From: Nitrospirota bacterium
Lineage (GTDB): Bacteria > Nitrospirota > Nitrospiria > SBBL01 > JAADHI01
Direction: 5' to 3'
Assembly: GCA_029261215.1 (NCBI GenBank)
Contig: JAJDBT010000118.1
Location: 9,121 to 73,120 of the forward strand
Length of the DNA stretch: 64,000 nt
Below the pieces are notes generated by a model, which was given only the letters and a program-made list of their open reading frames with translations, did not search any database and was not told where the DNA came from. A program made the translations under genes and the position numbers. Of this stretch, positions 59,341 to 64,000 are shown piece by piece. Within the stretch, counting starts at the first letter, position 1. Each line of letters starts with the position of its first letter.

Positions 59341-60204
59341 TTACTGCGGAATTCTTTGCAGATCAGGATCTTGACCTGCGGACTGCCCTGGACCTGTCGG
59401 GGTACTTGCCCCAAAGGTACTGTCAAAGGCAAGAGCGGTCGTGTTGTTGTAATCAAACGACCCTTGCAATGGACCGAGCGCAAAACCGCCTTCCACAATA
59501 GACTGCTCCCAATTAATGGTGCCACCACCGTTGGCGACCGACGAACTCTGCTGACCGACAGAACTGGCTGCAATAGTGACCACTTGCAGTTCATCCCCAT
59601 TCAAGCCTTCAGTAAAGGTTGTCTGCGAGACTGCCTGATCAAAAGAAATGGTGCTGTCCGTCGCACTGTAGGTAAAGGTGTTTGAAAAATCGATCAAAAC
59701 ACCGGCTCTTCCCACAGGCGATGTGCTGGGGGGCACAGTCGTGGCGATAGGCGTCCCTTCCGACAGAAAATCCTGAGTCGGAACGGGCAAACTGAACACA
59801 AAATCCCCAGAGTCGTTACACCCTACCGTATTACACGATGTGGCAGTGGGAATCGTCATACCCTGTACAACGGGATTAAACGCTTTATCCCCTAAATCCG
59901 CATCGCTGTTAAGACGAATGACACCAAACATACTGGCCGTCAATGCGCCCGCTGTCGTTCCGCCTGCATTTGAATTCACACAAGTAAAACAGGGACCTGC
60001 TGAAGCATCTGTATTGCTTACAGCATCCATCAAACTCACGGTTGGATCAAAACCCAACTCGGTACTCCCCATTGTATTTGTTTCATTCGTACAGACAATA
60101 TTGCCAGTACCACCGCCTGTACAAACCTGAGCGGAAGCTTCAGTTCCCGGCAACAATGCATAGGACCCAACAACTAACGCTAATAAAAAGACTTTTTTTA
60201 ACAT
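59341..60204 (-). CDS. Secreted Thr/Ser/Gly-rich protein with three Cys pairs, unknown function
   Basis: The signal peptide reads MLKKVFLLALVVGSYALLPGTEASA. The mature part is almost free of Lys and Arg. Cys pairs are CTGGGTGNIVC, CFTC and CNTVGC. A strong Shine-Dalgarno (GGAGGTGG) is present. I recognise no family. Confidence 0.8.
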   Translation of the reverse strand: MLKKVFLLALVVGSYALLPGTEASAQVCTGGGTGNIVCTNETNTMGSTELGFDPTVSLMDAVSNTDASAGPCFTCVNSNAGGTTAGALTASMFGVIRLNSDADLGDKAFNPVVQGMTIPTATSCNTVGCNDSGDFVFSLPVPTQDFLSEGTPIATTVPPSTSPVGRAGVLIDFSNTFTYSATDSTISFDQAVSQTTFTEGLNGDELQVVTIAASSVGQQSSSVANGGGTINWEQSIVEGGFALGPLQGSFDYNNTTALAFDSTFGASTPTGPGQSAGQDPDLQRIPQ

Positions 60205-60277
60205 AAGCTCTCCACCTCCCTCTACTTCACTTCTTTTAAAGAATGGAATGAAGACTTCTCTTAAAAGAAGATCATTG

Positions 60278-60314
60278 TCATATGACTCTATTTAGAAAAA
60301 CTACAGTCATATGA
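60278..60314. promoter_or_regulatory. Pair of TCATATGA palindromes forming a perfect 10-bp inverted repeat (TCATATGACT / AGTCATATGA); candidate operator
   Basis: The arms lie at 60278-60287 and 60305-60314. They sit immediately downstream of the proximal -10 element of the secreted-protein gene, so they overlap the predicted transcription start and early leader. Confidence 0.45.
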
Positions 60315-60320
60315 GCTTGA

Positions 60321-60349
60321 ATACTAGTGAAATACCATCTCCCTGTCAA
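60321..60349 (-). promoter_or_regulatory. Strong sigma70-like promoter of the 287-aa gene (TTGACA-17 nt-TAGTAT on the minus strand)
   Basis: On the plus strand tgtcaa lies at 60344-60349 and atacta at 60321-60326. The -35 is consensus and the spacing is optimal. Confidence 0.6.
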
Positions 60350-60367
60350 CCCCCTCTTTTGAGGGGG
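60350..60367. other. GC-rich hairpin CCCCCTC-(4 nt)-GAGGGGG abutting the -35 element
   Basis: 7-bp perfect stem with no flanking U tract on either strand. It may mark the end of the LolA-like transcript or insulate the promoter. Confidence 0.4.
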
Positions 60368-60458
60368 AAGAACGGTTTCGATATGCCGTTTATGGGGATC
60401 AACGAAATAAGCAGAACATCCTTACGAATACGCTAACTTGCTTAACATAATCGAAAAG

Positions 60459-60488
60459 ATATTACTGCTTCAGCTTGATTAATGTCAA
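60459..60488 (-). promoter_or_regulatory. Second, distal sigma70-like promoter (TTGACA-18 nt-TAATAT on the minus strand)
   Basis: On the plus strand tgtcaa lies at 60483-60488 and atatta at 60459-60464. It would give a ~250-nt leader that contains the hairpin and the palindromes. Confidence 0.35.
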
Positions 60489-60547
60489 CAGTACTTTAAT
60501 GTATGATGAAAGACAATGCCTCGCGATACAGATTTTTTCAGCTTGTC

Positions 60548-61369
60548 TTAGCGGTTGGGTCCTCGTAATAACATCCGATCTGAAAATCGCGAATCTTCCA
60601 AACCTGTATCATTCTTTACATCGGTAATTTCGAAAATCGTCTTGTGCTTGGATTGAACATTTGTAATCTCTGATCGTTTCCAAACCAAGACATCCCCCAC
60701 TTTTTGCCAGGAGGTCAATTGCAGTTTTAAAGGCTTCATTGTTCGATCATAGAATTCTACTTTTCGGGCCACCCAGTCTTTTCTTGAAATGAAATAGCGT
60801 TTTTTTCCATAAGGGCTGTCTTGTTCCTTTGGAATACTGTCCACGACATAACACGGTTCATTCAAGCCTCTGCAGACACCCGGCTTATCGAATACCATTT
60901 GATGTTCGTCTTCATCCAGGCGGCGGGCCCCCATATCTGCAAAAGTCAGGTCTGAGCCCATAAAAGAATCATTTTGATCACGAGTGGTCATACGCCTCAC
61001 ACTTCTAAGACTGGGAAGGTATAACCATAGGTCATCCGGTTTCCCTTCAATGGAATAGTCCCAAATTAAAAACCCCGTCCCTTTTTGATCTGGCGGATGC
61101 TCTGTGTAAAATACGCTTTTACTATCCAGCCCCTCTTTTCCGGCAAAGTGCTTATGGAACCGCAAGGTGACAATTTTGCGTTCATTGCCCAGCGCATCAA
61201 TTAAAATCATTGTGACAATCGAAGTTTGATCCATCGTCATATTTGCATGGCTGACCTTTTCCATGACTTCCGCCGCAGTCAACTTCTCTTCTTGGGCCCA
61301 AGCTCGGTCAAATCCTGGGGTGAGCATCAGAATCAAAAAGAAGAGTGCCAATACCGTTTTTTTATTCAT
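60548..61369 (-). CDS. Outer-membrane lipoprotein-sorting (LolA-like / DUF1329-clan) periplasmic protein
   Basis: A signal peptide is present. The family-typical block DDLWLYLPSLRSVRRM......DSFMGSDLTFADM is present. 273 aa. Confidence 0.72.
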   Translation of the reverse strand: MNKKTVLALFFLILMLTPGFDRAWAQEEKLTAAEVMEKVSHANMTMDQTSIVTMILIDALGNERKIVTLRFHKHFAGKEGLDSKSVFYTEHPPDQKGTGFLIWDYSIEGKPDDLWLYLPSLRSVRRMTTRDQNDSFMGSDLTFADMGARRLDEDEHQMVFDKPGVCRGLNEPCYVVDSIPKEQDSPYGKKRYFISRKDWVARKVEFYDRTMKPLKLQLTSWQKVGDVLVWKRSEITNVQSKHKTIFEITDVKNDTGLEDSRFSDRMLLRGPNR

Positions 61370-61535
61370 CTTATATTCCGCTCCTGTCTCATCATAATGT
61401 ATTAGAGCTCCATCTAAAGGCAGGGGTCACCCACCTCAACAATCCTCTTTCGAGTATATGCAATTGAGGCTTAAAGCGCAAGATTGACAGACAGAACCTC
61501 ACAGGAATAACCCCTTTTCAGGGCACTTCCGTTGC

Positions 61536-61565
61536 TTTACATCCTTTCATTTTAAATGGTATAAG
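61536..61565 (+). promoter_or_regulatory. Possible extended -10 promoter for the ferredoxin gene (TTTACA-18 nt-TATAAG, preceded by TGg)
   Basis: The hexamers lie at 61536-61541 and 61560-61565. Confidence 0.35.
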
Positions 61566-61610
61566 CCTGACATGAAATCGAATGCCGCCACCATAAAGTA
61601 AGGATCTTTT

Positions 61611-61907
61611 TTGCCCTCTGAATATTACCATCTCTTTGTATGTACTGGGACCACTTGCGAACATCAGGGGGCCGAAGAGATTCTGCAAACGCTTCAAAAT
61701 GAGCTTAAACAAAACGGCTTACTAAAAAAAACCCGAACGACGCTCTGCCGATGCCTGGGACAATGCGGGAATGGCCCGAATATGGTCGTTTATCCAGAGG
61801 GTATCTGGTATGGCGGGCTCGGTGAGGGGGAGATCAAACAGATTGTTGTAGAACATTTAATCGAGGGAAAGGCGGTAAAAAAACTCATTCAAATCCCGGT
61901 GGATTAA
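61611..61907 (+). CDS. Thioredoxin-like [2Fe-2S] ferredoxin
   Basis: The Cys pattern is HLFVCTGTTCEHQG ... CRCLGQCGNGPNMVVYPEGIWYG (CxxxxC ... CxxxC). TTG start. Confidence 0.8.
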   Translation: MPSEYYHLFVCTGTTCEHQGAEEILQTLQNELKQNGLLKKTRTTLCRCLGQCGNGPNMVVYPEGIWYGGLGEGEIKQIVVEHLIEGKAVKKLIQIPVD

Positions 61908-61953
61908 CCCCTTGCCCTTTTGCCGCCTTACGCCGGCTCTCATTCATGAATCC

Positions 61954-64000
61954 TTAATTTTCAAACTGCGACTTCATCTCACGCAACAAATGATCCTTAA
62001 TCCCCTGGATGGCATCCGGCGACTCAATCTTTTTCTGATCCGCGCCCAAAACATAAAAAACATCAACCACCTGATCCAGGCGCGTTGCAATTTTTGCCGC
62101 ATGCACCACAAGACCCAGCTCCAGAATTCCTTTCGCAATAACAAAAAGTAACCCTTTTTTATCCATCGCAAATATGTCGATAATTGTAAATGTTTTGGAA
62201 CTCTCATTATCCACTTCGACGCGGGTATCCCGCGACGAAACAGGTTCCTTTTTTTGTGGAAACCGGCGGCCCTTCTCAAAAAGGGCCTCAACAGAAACCT
62301 TTCCCGCAAGAACCTTTCGAACATCTTTTCTGATTCCTGCAATACGTTCTTTTGGTGCCGCTTTTTTATGATCAGGATCGATTACCTTGAACGTATCGAT
62401 CACCATGCCATTCGGATGCGTAAACACTTGAGCGCCCAAAATCTCGAGCCCCTTTGCTGAGAGCACCCCCGCCATGGCGGCAAAAATGCCGGCAGTCAAC
62501 CAATCATAGGTGTACAGGGTGTACTCACTCACCCCCTGAGTCGGAAGATAACGGGCCTCCACCTGGATCGGCTCCGTCTGGAGCCGCGACAAAGCCCCCA
62601 GATCCAAAACCACCTGATCAAAAGGCGTCACCAGATAATAGCGCGGAATAAGCGTTTGCAAGGTTTCCTTTAACCAGGATTCGGAATATTTTCCCTTTAG
62701 GGTTTTGAACAATTGTTGTGTGATTTCCTCAACCTGGCTGGCTTCAGAATCGACTTCTTCTCCAATTAAAACCTTTGAAGCTTCTTCAAAAAAGGTTAAC
62801 AACAGTTCCTGTTTCCAGGCCGTCCACATCCCCGGCGCTGTCGCAGCCATATCGGCACAAGTCAGAATAAACAGCTTTCTCAGGGTCTTGAGATCAGCGA
62901 CGGCTTCAGTAAACTGTCTTAGAATGGGCTCATCTGCAAAGTCCCGATAGAGCGCAATTTCAGAGAGAATCAGGTGCTGATGCACCAAAAAAACCAAGAC
63001 ATCCTGCTGGGGTTTGGCATACCCCATTCGATCGGCCACAAGCCCTGCGACTTTTGCCCCCGCTTCGCTGTGATTTTCCAGTCCGCCCTTGCCGATGTCA
63101 TGTAACAAAATCGACAAATGCAGCACATCTTTCCTCTGAACCTTGCTATAAATCTCTTGAAGCGGCCCTGCCTCATTTAAAAAATGCTCTGCTGTTTCAA
63201 GCGCACGAAAACTGTGTTCATCGACCGTGAAGGCATGAGATCGACTTTCCTGAACCAGGCAATTGACCGCCTCAAACTCTGGAATAATCCGCCATAAAAA
63301 ATGGGTCCGGTGCATCATTCGGAGCGTTTTGGCGATGCCTCCGGGTTCTGTCATCAAGGTTTTAAAGAGTGCGTAGGCCCCTGGAGACAAGGGAAGCGTC
63401 TTTTTCTTTTCCGAAATCTGATAAATGGTTTCCAAAACAGCATCCTGAATCCGGAGCGAATGTGTTTTTGAAAGCAAGAACAGCCTTAAAATGTTTTCAT
63501 CCTGGTCAAAAAATTGAAAGGGCTTATCGGATTGAATGGACAACTCTTCTGAAAAGACTTCAAAGCCCGGCGAGATCTGACGTGTCCGCCACGACCGCCG
63601 CCAGCGCTGCCCTCGGCTGACAGGATAGGCCTCGCGAATAAAACGCTTCGAAATCTCCAGCACTCTCCCCGTGTGCAAATAGTAGGCATGCATGAGGCCA
63701 CGGCGATCCTCCAGCTGGAAAAACGGTGCGATTTCTTCCTGTAGCTCAATCGTTAAATGGTCGGAGGCTTTTTTGTCCAAAAAGTGGAGATGGTTTCTCA
63801 GCCGCCATAAAAAGTCCTGCGCCTGAACAAGACTCGTATATTCAATATTTGAAAGATAGCCCCATTGATGGATTTGGGGAAGGTGATGGGTGTGATAACG
63901 CGCAGACGACACCCATTTCAGATAATGAATATCCCGCAAGCCGCCGGGGCTCTGTTTTAAATTGGGCTCCAGCAGGTAGGGTGTTGCGCCATATTCCCGC
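61954..64000 (-). CDS. glnD: [Protein-PII] uridylyltransferase/uridylyl-removing enzyme (N-terminus beyond the window edge)
   Basis: My translation upstream of the ORF-track start continues in frame to nt 64000 (REYGATPYLLEPNLKQSPGGLRDIH, the nucleotidyltransferase signature). It also has the HD motif LLHDIGKG and two C-terminal ACT-like domains. Confidence 0.9.
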   Translation of the reverse strand, partial: REYGATPYLLEPNLKQSPGGLRDIHYLKWVSSARYHTHHLPQIHQWGYLSNIEYTSLVQAQDFLWRLRNHLHFLDKKASDHLTIELQEEIAPFFQLEDRRGLMHAYYLHTGRVLEISKRFIREAYPVSRGQRWRRSWRTRQISPGFEVFSEELSIQSDKPFQFFDQDENILRLFLLSKTHSLRIQDAVLETIYQISEKKKTLPLSPGAYALFKTLMTEPGGIAKTLRMMHRTHFLWRIIPEFEAVNCLVQESRSHAFTVDEHSFRALETAEHFLNEAGPLQEIYSKVQRKDVLHLSILLHDIGKGGLENHSEAGAKVAGLVADRMGYAKPQQDVLVFLVHQHLILSEIALYRDFADEPILRQFTEAVADLKTLRKLFILTCADMAATAPGMWTAWKQELLLTFFEEASKVLIGEEVDSEASQVEEITQQLFKTLKGKYSESWLKETLQTLIPRYYLVTPFDQVVLDLGALSRLQTEPIQVEARYLPTQGVSEYTLYTYDWLTAGIFAAMAGVLSAKGLEILGAQVFTHPNGMVIDTFKVIDPDHKKAAPKERIAGIRKDVRKVLAGKVSVEALFEKGRRFPQKKEPVSSRDTRVEVDNESSKTFTIIDIFAMDKKGLLFVIAKGILELGLVVHAAKIATRLDQVVDVFYVLGADQKKIESPDAIQGIKDHLLREMKSQFEN

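Noticed and set aside
60350-60367. CCCCCTC/GAGGGGG hairpin as the intrinsic terminator of the LolA-like gene
   Set aside because: No U tract follows the stem on the transcribed (minus) strand. It runs directly into the TTGACA -35 element, so it is reported only as a hairpin of uncertain role.
45320-61369. Genomic island or mobile-element origin for the accessory-looking region
   Set aside because: No integrase, transposase, tRNA target, flanking direct repeats or phage genes are visible. Base composition does not look obviously different by eye, though I did not compute it.

Overview
This is a 64-kb chromosomal segment from a diderm (Gram-negative) bacterium. It is densely coding, with about 50 CDS. 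By eye I found no rRNA, tRNA, CRISPR array, transposase or integrase. All family calls rest on motif recognition in the supplied translations, because no searches could be run. Layout: (1) 1-10.6 kb holds housekeeping genes: hemD' (5'-truncated)-hemB, ribF, tilS-hpt-ftsH-folP, an M1 aminopeptidase and an AraC-type response regulator. (2) 11-17 kb holds glgX-glgB, translationally coupled to a soluble HisKA_3 kinase and a LuxR-type regulator. (3) 17.3-32.5 kb is an uninterrupted minus-strand envelope super-operon: bamA-skp-lpxD-fabZ-lpxA-lpxI-(Gfo/Idh/MocA)-lpxB-msbA-waaA-lpxK-lpxL-(waaF::gmhB fusion)-(Trm112-like small ORF). (4) 32.7-36.1 kb encodes an 1134-aa, roughly 18-blade beta-propeller lipoprotein lying between bamA and tsf-rpsB. 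(5) 38-45 kb holds leuCD, an FKBP isomerase, a 936-aa delta-60-repeat lipoprotein and purEK. (6) 45.3-61.4 kb is the most unusual region. It starts with a c-di-GMP module: a Rossmann-GAF-GGDEF cyclase transcribed divergently from an O-methyltransferase-DUF420-PilZ operon. That module converges on a minus-strand locus encoding a LolA-like protein, an insulated monocistronic gene for a Thr/Ser/Gly-rich Cys-paired secreted protein, a 1578-aa TPR protein carrying up to three tandem outer-membrane barrel-like modules (the last DUF1302-like), a 1410-aa lipoprotein (CarboxypepD_reg-like modules + 7 FG-GAP repeats + thrombospondin type-3 repeats), and a DUF4149 membrane protein. No enzyme, ATPase or known secretion component is visible in this locus, so I flag it as the best candidate for an undescribed envelope/surface system. 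(7) 61.6-64 kb holds a thioredoxin-like [2Fe-2S] ferredoxin and glnD, which runs off the window edge.
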